Below the pieces are notes generated by a model. It worked only from the letters and a program-made list of their open reading frames with translations, did not search any database and was not told the DNA's origin. A stretch of 64,000 bases of DNA from Strigamia acuminata (taxonomy: Eukaryota): assembly GCA_949358305.1 (NCBI GenBank), contig OX442314.1, positions 9,114,001 through 9,178,000 on the forward strand. Reading direction: 5' to 3'. A program made the position numbers and the translations under genes. Below are positions 46,074-58,900 of the stretch, in pieces (position 1 is the first letter of the stretch; each line of letters opens with the position of its first letter).

Positions 46074-47604
46074 TTTTTCTGTGTTTGAGTTTGGCTTAAT
46101 AAAATGATATCTGCCAATTAGCATTTCGGTATTTTAATTTATGTTGGCGAAGCTTCGCTGCATTGTGAGTTTAGTCTTAAAAGTTCCCTAACTTCATCTC
46201 GCGTTAATGTAGTTTGAAGAGTAAAATACAGAATTTAACGTGCGCTGATAGATATTCCGGAAACAATTTGACAAAATTCAGTGCTGAATCTGTAGAAAAA
46301 TTGTTTTTAAAAATAATTCAATCTTATAAATTTAAATTGTAAATGGTGAAGTTTAACGTGTTCATTATGAAAAATTTATAAATATGGTCCAATGTTGTAT
46401 CCAACAGAACAAAAACTAAGACATAAAGGCGCGTTCAATTTCAAATCGAAAAACCGATTCTCTCTGGCGGAAATGATGCAAAACTCATCATAATTTTTCC
46501 ATAAAATAAAAGTTTCTTCGGGAAACTGAATTCTATGTGTACGAGGTAGATTTTGGGCGTTTTGTGCATTGCAAACTGCAATATAAACACATTTATATGC
46601 ATAAAAGTGCCATACTGAGCTTGATATTTCATGTACTAATTAAAAATGGCTCCAAAGTGTAAATGTAAACAATGTGTTGCTGGGTTTGATATAATTGTCA
46701 CATTGTTTAGATGGGTTTTAAAAATAATGAAAATACATGTGTGCACTTGTGCAACGATGAATAAATGAATGGCCTGCAATCCACATCAGTTGAAAAATGA
46801 GAGAACTTTTTTTTATTCAACTTAACAAAATAGTACCAAATTGTCTGATGTTTTCAATGTTTGTTTCTTTCTTTCATTGAAATATTAACAGAACAGTCCA
46901 TAATTGTATCACTTGAAATTAAGCTTACTAGTGTGTGAAGGCACTAATCTCACTGACTTAGTACAAAGGAATATTAGAACATGGCATTTCCCTAAGAAAC
47001 CAAAAGAACGCCGATTAAACAAACAATTATTTTGATAATTTCTACTCGCATGCATGTGCAGATGTTGATCTGTAGTTGCAAGATTAGTAGCTGCATTCAA
47101 AAATTAAAATAACAATTTTAGTTGAGGTGTATTTTCATTTTAACATGGAGTTAAACAGGAAATGATGTTATTTTTGGTTTAAAATTGTAGTAAAACACAA
47201 AATATTTTAGTTTTTGAATGCAGCTACTGAATTTTAATGATTTTTTTTTATTTTTATATACAATTATGCGAACAAATCGGTTTTACAAACACCTCTATCT
47301 TCCAATTAGTTCTGATAATCGACGTTCTATTGTATCGAACTTATAATTCGGTAAAGCCGTTGGTCAGGGGAATTTATCACCTTCGATACCATAATTACAT
47401 GTTTTGGTTCTTATGAAAATGCTTCTGTGCAGTGCAAGCTGCATGGTCCGCACATTGCACTTACACAGTTTCTAATATAACTTGAAATCTAATAAACAGT
47501 ATAAGAAAATTCTAGAAAAAACAAAAATAACAATTTTCATTTTCATTATTGATTTTTTTAAAAAAAAAATTAATTAAAAAAAAATCCACAAACAAAAAAA
47601 ATAT

Positions 47605-50600
47605 TTATTCTAATTGCTTAATGTCTTTGAAATTGGTTTCACCACTCGTGATTAACTCATCAGCTGCAATTTGCATCTCGCAGTTCAAATCAAGCGTCTC
47701 CATTTTAGACTCAATTGAACCATCCACCGCCGGTGAATCCCTTTCCTCCATTTTGCAATCATCTTTCAATCCAATCTCCGAAGTTTCCAAACCTGCTTTT
47801 GATTCTAATTCTGAATCTTTTTCCTCCATTTTGAATTCCGGTTTCGCTTCCAATTCTACTTCGGCTTTCACTTTCGCTTTCGTTTCCAATTCTACTTCGG
47901 CTTTCGCTTTCGCTTCCAATTCTACTTCCGCTTTCGCTTTCGCTTCCAATTCTACTTCCGCTTTCGCTTTCGCTTCCAATTCTACTTCGGCTTCCGCTTT
48001 CGCTTCCAATTCTACTTCGGCTTCCGCTTCCGCTTCCAATTCGGCTTTGGCTTCCGCTTCCGATTCTACTTCGGCTTCCGCTTCCGATTCTACTTCGGCT
48101 TCCGCTTCCGATTCTACTTCGGCTTCCGCTTCCGATTCTACTTCGGCTTCCGCTTCCAGTTCTACTTCGGCTTCCGCTTTCGCTTCCACTTCTAATTTTA
48201 CTTCGGCTTTTGCTTCGTTTTCATCCATTTTGTAATCCGGCTTCGCTTCCAATTCAGGTTTCGCTTCCTTTTCCTCCATTTTGAAATCCGACTTTGATTC
48301 CAATCCGGATTCCGCCTCCGGAATCTCCATTTTTACCTCAACCTCATTTTCCTCCATCTTGAAATCCTTTGGATTCGATTTCGCTTCCTCCATTTCCAAA
48401 TTCTCTTCCGCAACCACATCCTTTCCATTCTCCACCTTGCAATCCACTTCCGAATCCGTCTCTGCGCGCGCCGTTTCAAATCCCCCTTCCGACCCTTTCT
48501 CCGTATCCGTTTCCCCATTTTCCGCCGAACGATCCGACTTATCGTTATTCCCAGCCCCTTCTTCCACTCCATTCTCTTCCGCCTTAATCTTGCCAACTTC
48601 CGCCTGGAAAACATCGTCCTTGATCGGATCCACGTCGTGCCCGTCGTCCGTCGGACACGACAAATCCTGAGATTCATTTCCGCTTGTAGTCAAATCTTCC
48701 CACGACTCGTCGCCGCCCGCACTCTCGTCAACGGATCCTTCCGTTTCCTTTCCCAAATCCTCCATTTTTACCTCCATTTTCACCGCCACCTTCGCCTCGT
48801 CCTCCTTTATCGCTTCGCTCTTCGGGGAATACTCCTCTCCGAAGACCTTTTCGTCCTCCGACTGACTACTAGCGGACAAAACTCGTCCGCTGCCGACTCT
48901 TCGCGGTCGCTGTTGAGCGGGTTTCTTGTCGGCGAACGTTTGGTTGGTGGGGCTTGAGGTCAAATCGTTGTTCACTCGGATTTGCAAAAAGTCCCTTCCG
49001 ATGTTCACTTTCCTATCCGTAGGCGAGCGCGCCATGTCGGCGTCCGAGCTGCTGTCCGAGTATCGTTTGTTTGGTGGCGGTCTGCGAGGATTGTGGCCTC
49101 TGCCGCGGCCTGTGGATGGGAAAGGTGGCATTTCTCCGCCGTTGTTGCCGCCGCGGCCTCGATCGCGTCGGTCTCGGCCTCGATCACCTCGATCACCTCG
49201 ATCGTTGCGATCTCGATCTTGAATGGGATCTCGGTCGCGTCCGCCGCCGCGTCCGAATAAGCAACCGCGGTTGCCGGCTCGGCCTCCTCTGGGGCCGGTT
49301 TCGTGTCGCCAACCCTCGTTGTCGTCATCACTTTAAATAGATAAAAGTGAGTGGTGTTAATTTTAGAGAATGAAATTAGTGTTTACGATAGTGAATGCAT
49401 TCAACAAATTCATTTTCTTGACCAAAAATTCATTTTTTTTGACCAAAAATTCATTTTTTTGACCAAAAATTCATTTTTTTGACCAAAAATTCATTTTTTT
49501 GACCAAAAATTCATTTTTTTGACCAAAAATTCATTTTTTTGACCAAAAATTCATTTTTTTGACCAAAAATTCATTTTTTTGACCAAAAATTCATTTTTTT
49601 GACCAAAAATTCATTTTTTTGACCAAAAATTCATTTTCTTGACCAAAAATTCATTTTCTTGACCAAAAATTCATTTTTTTGACCAAAAATTCATTTTTTT
49701 GACCAAAAATTCATTTTTTTGACCAAAAATTCATTTTTTTGACCAAAAATTCATTTTCTTGACCAAAAAATCATTTTCTTGACCAAAAAATCATTTTTTT
49801 GACCAAAAATTAATTTTTTTGACCAAAAATTAATTTTTTTGACTAAAAATTAATTCTTTGAAGCACAATCAGTCAACTCTAATGTAAAAAAAAAGTACGT
49901 ACTCTTGTATGATTTTATCACGGTCCCACTCGCGTCTCCATTCACCGGAAGCAGTTTTTTGTCTCGCGAGACGCTCCTTATCGCATTGGTCCTGCACCCT
50001 CTTCCACTCCTCATACTGCGTTCGTTCATGACCGGTCATAGTTAAAGACATCTCCATTTTATTGCGCGGCGGCCCTCGAGGATGTTCCTAAAAAACCAAC
50101 CACAATTACCCACAATTCCCCAATTCTCAGTCTCCTCCCTCACCCGTTCGTGTCTCCTGCGTATCTGAATGGTGTTTTTCACGTTGGAAAAATCCTGGCC
50201 GCCGTAATTACTCGGGTGACGTCGGCTTTGAATTCGCTGCTCGTCATTTTCGATTCCGACTCGTAATCTATCGAACAAAAAATTGTAGCTTGGATCTGGA
50301 GGCGGATTTTCGTCTTCGCTCAGTCGTTGTTGTCTTCTACTCTGGTCATTCGAACTGCTCGTCTCTCTCGTCTCTCTCGGCTCTCTCGTCTCTCTCCCCC
50401 CGCCCCCGCCCCCGCCTCCGCCGGGGGAATCGGGCTTCGGTTTCCGTGGTTTCGGCGCATTCGATCTCGGACTCGATCTCGCGATGCCGCGTGGAGTTTT
50501 TTCGACCGTCCCATCCTAATGATTTTATAAAAATAAATGGAGTAATTTTTAATTTGTTAAAAAAAGCAAGTGTGAAAAATGATTGCGCACCTGTGCCAAT

Positions 50601-52086
50601 TGCTTGGCTAAAGCTGCGTTGCTGTTTTCTTCCGCATTTTGCTTGTCGGCTTCGATTTCCTGGTTTTATAAAGTACAAAATGTGGAGTAAGTAACGATTT
50701 CGGTATACATTTTAGTATTAACATGTAAGCTTAAATCACATTGAAATGAGTGGAATGAGATCTGAATCTAAATGAAATCTAAATCTGAATAAAATATGAA
50801 TCTGATTTAGGTCTAAATCAGTAAATATCAAGTCTGAATCAGTAAAAATCAAACCTGAATCAGTGAAAACAGGACTGAATCAGTAAAAATCAGGTCTAAA
50901 TCAGTAAAAGTCAAGTCTGAATCAGTAAAAGTCAGGTCTGAATCAGCAAAAACCATGTCTAAATCAGCATTGATTCAGTTAAGTCAGCTTGAAATCAGCA
51001 TTAATTCGGTTATATCAGCATTAATTCAACGAAATCAGTTCTAAATCAGCATTAATTCAACGAAATCAGCTCTGAATCAGCATTAATTCAGTTAAATCAG
51101 CTCTAAATCAGCATTAATTCAGTTAAATCAGCTCTAAATCAGCATTAATTAAGTTAAATTAGCTCTAAATTCGCATTAATTCAGTTAAATCAGCTCTAAA
51201 TCAGCATTAATTCAGTTAAATCAGCTCTAAATCAGCATTAATTCAGTTAAATCAGCTCTAAATCAGCATTAATTCAGTTAAATCAGCTCTAAATCAGCAT
51301 TAATTCAGTTAAATATCAGTTCTAAATCAGCACTAATTCAGTTAAATCAGCTCTAAATCAGCATTAATTCAGTTAAATAAGCTCTAAATCAGCATTAACT
51401 CAGCAAAATCGGCTCAAAGAAATCCGCGCAAACAATAATTAAATCAGCACAAATAATAAAATCAGCTCAAAATCAGCTATCAATTTGTTCTAAATCAGTA
51501 AAACCAGGTACAGGAACCTCTCGATGTGCATCGTTTTATTCTCCACGCTTGCATCGCTTGGTTTGCGTAGTTTCGATGCTTCGAAACTTGAATAGAGGCT
51601 TTTCCATTGCGCAGATTCAATTTACATGCTCATTCCGTGCAAATCGAGAGACAAACTATTTGCAATAAAATACACATATATACCAAATAGCGTTGTTGCA
51701 ATTCCTTATTTCTCTGCCGTATTTTTTCCATCTTACTATCCAAATACGCTTCCTTCGCCTCCCGATTATCCTATTTAAAACAAACAAACAAACAAACAAA
51801 CAAACCGATAAATAAATAAATCCAAATTTTAACTACTTAATTATTAATCCAAAATTTCAAAAAATATAAATATTTATTTATTCCATGCTGTGTTAGTAAA
51901 TACTCACATTATATTAAATTGCAGCACAAAACAGAAGAAAAAAAAGGAAAAAAAGAAGGAAAAAAAGTGCCATCAGATACGAAGTGCAATTTTCTTTCCA
52001 TTTTTATAATATTTCTCTATTTTTTTTTAGTTAAATACTGTATATTTAACCTCTATTGATATACTTACATCAGTCACTTCGGCCAT
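47605..52086 (-). CDS. CCDC9: CCDC9-like protein (multi-exon; RGG-rich, with an acidic 24-nt-repeat C-terminus)
   Basis: Exons encode EAKEAYLDSKMEKIRQRNKELQQRYL-EIEADK, PPPDPSYNFL, YGGQDFSNVK and MTGHERTQYEEWK...GEWRREWD, as I recall from CCDC9/DUF4594. The last exon ~49331-47605 carries EAEAEV repeats. Confidence 0.8.
49409..49857. repeat. Intronic 20-bp tandem repeat (GACCAAAAATTCATTTTTTT)
   Basis: Read directly. Confidence 0.95.
50755..51410. repeat. Intronic 21-bp then 31-bp tandem repeats (TCAGTTAAATCAGCTCTAAATCAGCATTAAT)
   Basis: Read directly. Confidence 0.9.
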
Positions 52087-52249
52087 GTCTTTGGCAACAC
52101 CTAAAAAAATGCATAAAATTATAATAAACGTCAATTAGTGGATTTTGTTGCGTTTTTTTTTTGATTTTGTAGCGATCGGGCGAGAAATCCGCAGGAAAAG
52201 CCGAGATAACATACCTATCCGTTGAATTAAGCTCTGGTTTTAGTCGAAA

Positions 52250-52790
52250 TCGATGGGGTTTGGCGGAAACGATGCTAAAATGTAATTGACGCCATGATAA
52301 CTAGTGCTACGCTCGTACCACCGCACGGAACAATTTATGGACGGTCACCGGCCACAGACAACTTCCAGCAATGGTATTGCGCATGCGCAGCAAGTGTTTT
52401 GTTAGAACTCGCTCGATGCCTAATGTTAAAATGGCATATAAATAAATTCAATTGTTTTTTTCGTGTTTAAAATCTTTCCCAATTTTCAATTTTTGGCTTA
52501 TTTTTTTATTGTAATTATTGGAAATTAATCGTGGAAATAATTTTAAAAATATTTAAAAATTGAATTTTTTGATTTTCAAAATATGAAAATTGCGTTTTGT
52601 TATTATATTATTTAGTTTTCCATTTTATTTCATCTAATATTTATATTTTTCATCGTTAGGCATTTAATTTAATTTAGTTTACTACATTTTTGATTTTTAT
52701 ACGCATTTTCTAGTGTTAGTATTTGCCGCTAGATGGAAGCCAACTCATGTAAACAAAGATGGCGGGCGAATTTGACTGAGGTACATGTTC
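52250..52790. promoter_or_regulatory. Probable bidirectional promoter between the CCDC9-like and coiled-coil genes
   Basis: Divergent first exons; perfect NRF1/Ewg-type palindrome TGCGCATGCGCA at 52378-52389; YY1/Pho-type AAGATGGCGG at 52756-52765. Confidence 0.6.
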
Positions 52791-52996
52791 GAATATTTTG
52801 TTCTTAATTTTTTAATTTTTTTAAAATTAAACGAATTTCCCCCGCCGCTTAAACGGCCATTAGTGTTTATTTCCAACTACAAAAACCCCGTTTCATTTAC
52901 GTTTCGTTTGAAATCGCACGATTTTAACGTCTAATTAACATTTAATTTTCTTTGTCAGAATTTCGCATACGGAACAACACTGGTGCGCATTTATTA

Positions 52997-55900
52997 ATGG
53001 AAAGCTGCAATCAATTAGTGAATTCGACGTCCAGTGAAGATCTTCACAGCTCAAATTTGTCGACTGAGGAAATCCGCGTAAAAAATCGAATTCGAAAGAA
53101 ATCGAGCAACAGAAACGGAGTCCACGGCGTCATAGACAAAAAGATTTTTATTAAATTCCAAAAACTCACACGCACGCTGAAAGTAAACGATAAAACATCG
53201 TTGCAAACTCGTATTTACCGTCACACGTTTAATATTTTGCAGGAAACGCGGTCGAATCTGTTAAATATGGACCAAATGCTCGTGAAATTTCGAGAACAAG
53301 CGAAAATGGTGTCAAATTTGTCGATTTTTGATTGGAAATTTCGATTTTAATTTGTGTAATTTTCATAATTGCAGGCCGAGTCGGTTAATTTCACCGGAAC
53401 ACGGCCGCGTGGACGGCGGACGGCTTCGGTGCCGCCTCCGTTGAGAATTTCGAATTGTCAGTTGTGCGGCGGAGACAGTTCGCAACAGCCTCGGTGTCAG
53501 TCGGTGGATAATTTTGAATCTGTGAATTTGATAAAAGCTGCGAAAATACCTCAATTGGTTAATATTTATTTAATTCAGTTGTAAATAATTTTTTTTTAGT
53601 TTTTAAATTTATTTTTATTATTTTTATTTATTTAGTCTAGTCGTCATTCTCAGTCAATGCAAGATCTCCGAGCCGCGCCGCCTTCTCCTTTGTGTGTTTC
53701 AAAGGAAACGCCATCTTTTACACCGTACCCTAAAATGTAAAATTAATTTCGGAGACCAATTGATAGTTTTCTTCCCTTTATTGCGAAATTAACTTTATTA
53801 GACCATAAAATTCATTTTTTAAGCGCTTAGTTGCACATTGACGTCTGTTTTAAAAGAAAAATGGGCAAAAAATATTCTGAAATACACTCAAACGTTATTT
53901 TACTACACGGATAGTACAAATAATGCGTTTTTAGACAAAATAATCTCCCTTTTACGTGAAAAAATGCATTTTTATGGCACATGAATGTCAATTTTACACG
54001 AAAAAATGCAAGAAATGTTGATTTTACGATTTTAAATGCACTTTAGTGTTATTTTTTTCACAAAAAAAGTGTAAAAACGATATTTTTGCTTCGATTTCAA
54101 CATAAAAATGTGCAGAAAGTCCATTTTCTTAAGTAAAATGGGCAAGAACTCCATTTGAACAAGAAGAAGTGCAAAAAAACGCCTTATTTATCTCGAATTC
54201 TACTCAAAAATCTACAAAATTGTCATATTTATGCCAAAAACTGCAAAATTTGTCATATTGATTTCAAAAAATGCAAAATTTGTCATATTTATGCCAAAAA
54301 ATGCAAAATTTGTCATTTTTATGCCAAACTGTGCAGAATTATTCATATTTATGTCGTAAAATGCCTGAAATTGTTATATTTATGCTAAAAAATGCCTAAA
54401 ATTGTCATGTTTATGCCAAAAAATGCTTAAAATTGTCATATTTATGCCAAAAAATGCCTATAATTGTCATTTTTATGCCTAAAATTTGTTATTTTTATAC
54501 GTAAAATTGTCATTTTTGTACGTAAAATTGTCATTTCTATACCTCAGTCACCCCATCATTTTACTATTTAAAAAAAAAAGTCTAACATTATAAAATAACA
54601 ATTTCAGGGAAGAGTCAACTGGCGATGCATTAAACTCTGCTAGAGGATCCGAAATATCCGTAACAAAAACCGAAATGAGAAAAAAACAATAATAAAACAA
54701 TTGAAAAAAAATCTTTCAAAGTTGGCGAGCGCAACCGTCGAAGAAATGCGATCCGACATCATCAGTTTGAAGAACCAGCTACAGAAACTAGAACTGTCGG
54801 GACAGATCCACACACAGGTTCGAATTTCCCGCCTTAAATCAAACGAAATGGAACTAATAAAAACGAAATCAAACGATTGCAGCAAAGTTTACTGTACCAG
54901 CAAGTGGAGATGAAAGACCGCGTCATATCCGACATGACGCAACATCTGCAGGATTTGTCGAGCAAGTTGGAGATGAGCGAAGAACAACGGTGTCAGCTGC
55001 TGTTGAAGTTGGAGGACACGCTGCGGACGTCGCTCGACGTGGGCTCCGAGGCGGAGAAATTCGCCGCCGAGGTGAAGCGCGTGGAGGAAATGGCGGCCGA
55101 AGTGCAGGCGGATAAGGATCGGTTGCGGAGACGGGCGAGGAAGATCGTTTTGGAGTAAGTTTGGTGGATTTTTTGGTGGATTTTTGGTTGATTTTTGTTT
55201 GTTTTTGTTTAGGTTGAAGGAGAAGTGCAAGCAGTATTTGTCGGAGACGCAGCGGTTGAAGGATAGGGAGTGGGAGTTGGAGCAGAAGTGTTCGCAGGCT
55301 TCGCAGGAGAATAATGCATTGACGAGGCAGGTGACTGGGTTGCAAGAAAGGCTGCAGGAATCGATTGTGGAGATGCAGAATTTTAAGGTTTGGGATGAGA
55401 AGATGGTGTTTTGAAACGGTTTAAGGATGGGATAATGTTTTTAAATGTTTTAAGACGAAGGAAAAAATTTTAGAAGGGTTTTGAGACGAGAGAAAAAATT
55501 TTAGAACGGTTTTAAGACGAAAGAAAAAATTTTAAAACGGGTTTAAGATGAAAGAAAAAATTTTATAATGGTTTTAAGACGAAAATAAAATTTTAAAACG
55601 GTTTTAAGACGAAACAAAAAATTTTAAAACGGTTTTAAGACAAAACAAAAAATTTTAAAACCGTTTTAAGACGAAACAAAAAATTTTAAAACGGTTTTAA
55701 GACGAAAGAAAAATTTTAAAACGGTTTTTACACGAAAGAAAAAATTTTAAAACGGTTTTAAGACGAAACAAAAAATTTTAAAACGGGTTTAAGACGAAAG
55801 AAAAATTTTAAAACGGTTTTTACACGAAAGAAAAAATTTTAAAACGGTTATAAGATGGAAAAAAAAATGAAAATGGTTTTATGATGAAAAAAGTATTTTC

Positions 55901-58900
55901 AAATGGTTTTTTAGATTACAGAATTATTATAAAATAATTTTTTTTGGATTTGAAAAACGGTAGAATGAAAAATAAATGCTAAAACCATTTTTAAAACGAA
56001 AATAAACATCGTAAAACATTTTTAAACGAAAACAATCTAGAAAAACCTTTTTAACAGAAAAATGAATGTCGTAAAACAGTTTTAAAACGGAAAAATTTGT
56101 ATAAATCACTTGTAAAATGTAAAAATTACTGTATATAGCTTATTTTTTGCAGATAAAAGCGGACGATATTCAGCAAACTTCTCAGCGAAAAGACGTTGAA
56201 CTGATTGAATTGAGAGCCGTGCATCAAGAAGTGCAGAAAACAGTACAAAATCACAAAGATGTCAACCATAAAGTACCGAAAATATGAAAAAAAAATTAAA
56301 AAAAAAATTGTTTATTAAAATTTTTTTTTTTATTAAGCTCGTGAACAACAACGAAGTTTTGAAGAACAAAGTGGAATGTTTACAAAACGAAAAAAACCAC
56401 CTCGACATGAAATTAGTAGCGATGGAAAAGGAATTGCTTTTGTCTCTCCAACGACTTGAGGAACTAAAAGTAAGAAAAATTCTAAAATTAAAAAAAAGAA
56501 GCAATTTACTGTATTTTAGTATTTTAGTTGCCCTCGTTTTGTAGCCGCACTTCAGAGAGGCGGTTTGAAATAAGAGCCGCCCTCAAATAATAGCCGCGGC
56601 TACTATTCGAGGGCTTTTGTAACCAAACAGGAAACGGTTAATGATGATAGTTATTTAGATAGAAAATTTTTAAAAAAAAGTGAAATTTTAATGGAAAAAA
56701 TTTAAATTTCACTGAAAAATACGGAGTAACATTTTAATGAAAAAAGTGAAATTTTAATCAAAAAAGTAAAATTTTTATTTAAAAAATGAAATTTCAATGG
56801 AAAAAAGTGAAATTTTAATCAAAAAAGTGAAATTTTAATAAAAAAAGTGAAATTTTAATAAAAAAAAAAGTGAAATTTTAATCAAAAAAGTGAAATTTTA
56901 ATCAAAAAAGTGAAATTTTAATAAAAAAAAAAGTGAAATTTTAATCAAAAAAAGTGAAATTTTAATCAAAAAAGTGAAATTTTAATCAAAAAAAGTGAAA
57001 TTTTAATCAAAAAAGTGAAATTTTAATAAAAAAAAGTGAAATTTTAATCAAAAAGTGAAATTTTAATATAAAAAAAAGGGAAATTTTAATCAAAATAGTG
57101 AAATTTTAATCAAAAAGTGAAATTTTAATCAAAAAAGTGAAATTTTAATCAAAAAAGTGAAATTTTAATCAAAAAAGTGAAATTTTAATAAAAAAAAAGT
57201 GAAATTTTAATCAAAAAAGGGAAATTTTAATCAAAAAGTGAAATTTTAACCAAAAAAGTGAAATTTCAATGGAAATAAGTGAATTTTCAATGGAAATAAG
57301 TGAATTTTCAATGGAAATAAGTGAATTTTCAATGGAAATAAGTGAATTTTCAATGGAAATAAGTGAATTTTCAATGGAAATAAGTGAATTTTCAATGGAA
57401 ATAAGTGAATTTTCAATGGAAATAATTGAAATTTGAATGGAAAAAAGTGAAATTTTAATGAAAGAAGTGAAATTCCAATCAAAAAATGGTAAACAATTGT
57501 AATAAGAGCCGCCCTCGATTAAGAGTGCCCGTTTTGAATAAGAGCAGTGGCTTTTATTTGGGTAAAATAAAATATGGTAATTTAAAAAAAAATGATTTAT
57601 GTAAAATCAAATTATTTTGATTTCAGATGGAAGTAAAGGGACTGCGAGCATCGAACACCGATTACCAAGCGCAGTTGTTATCCGAGTCGAACTTGCGACA
57701 AACGGTCGAACGCGCCGGTCAAGAAATGGCTGAAAAAGTGAACACGCTTGACAATCAATTATCGTCATTACAAAATAAATATTTAGACGTTATTAATGAA
57801 CACAGTAAAGTTAATGACAATTTACGGTGCGAGAACATGAGTTCGCGGGTGAGAAATGGGAAATGCCAAATTGCAAAAAAAATATGAATTTTCTAGGAAA
57901 TAATTCGAATATTTCAGCAAGACGAGGAACAGCGACACCAGGAGGCGTTGAAGTCGCTGCAGTTGCATTACGAATCGCTTTTAAGTGCCATCAAAGTGGA
58001 ACTTAACGATAATCAAAGCAAAATTCAGTCGCTGCAGCAGAGTTTGACGAAGGAGCAGGAGATTAAGGCGCAGCTGAGGAAGGAGTTGACCGAGTAAATG
58101 AGTTGATGTTGGTTCTTTTGGTTTTTATTCGCTTTTTGGGTTTGTTTTGCAGGTGCGAGCAGGAACAGACGAAGCATAAGCAGTTGGTTAAATGTTATAA
58201 TGTGAAGAAGAAAAAATTAGTAGAAAAAAACCAAAAGTAAATTGGTGTTGTTTTGTTTGTGAATAATTAGAAAAATTTCGTAATGAAATGGTGAATTTAA
58301 CGGTTTGGTAAATTTGATTAAATTCTCGTTTTGTTGTGAAATTTTTTTTTTAATGATTTCGTGTTTTCTAATGGGTTTTTGTATTTTATAAGGATTTTTT
58401 TCGTGAGTTTCGTGTTTGTTTTGGTTAAATTTGTAATGAATTTCGTGTTTTATTATGAAATTTTGTCATGAATTTTGTGTTTTATGTTGAATTTTCATGA
58501 ATTTTGTTTTATAATGAATTTTGTAATGAATTTCGTGTTTTATTACGAAATTTAGTAATGAATTTCGTGTTTTATTACGAAATTTAGTAATGAATTTCGT
58601 GTTTTATGATGAATTATCATGAAATTTGTGTTTTATAATGAATTATCATGAAATTTGTTTATAATGAATTTTTTCATGAATTTTGTATTTTACAACAAAT
58701 TATTTCATGAATTTCGTGTTTTATAATGAATTTTCTCAAGAATTTCATGTGTTATAACAAATTTTCTCATGAATTTCGTATTTTATAAAAAAAATTCTCA
58801 TGAATTTCGTATTTTCCAAAAAATTTTCTCAGAATTTCGTATTTTCTAAAAAAATTCTCATGAATTTCGTATTTTCTAAAAACATTTCTCCTAAATTTCG

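Larger units (their letters stand above)
43595..46368. repeat. Inverted duplication (arms ~43595-44774 and ~45191-46368, spacer ~415 bp)
   Basis: The arms are reverse complements with scattered differences and cover promoter, exons, introns and 3' flank. Confidence 0.93.

Noticed and set aside
47549..48670. Ser/Ala-rich plus-strand ORFs
   Set aside because: Antisense of the CCDC9-like repeat exon.
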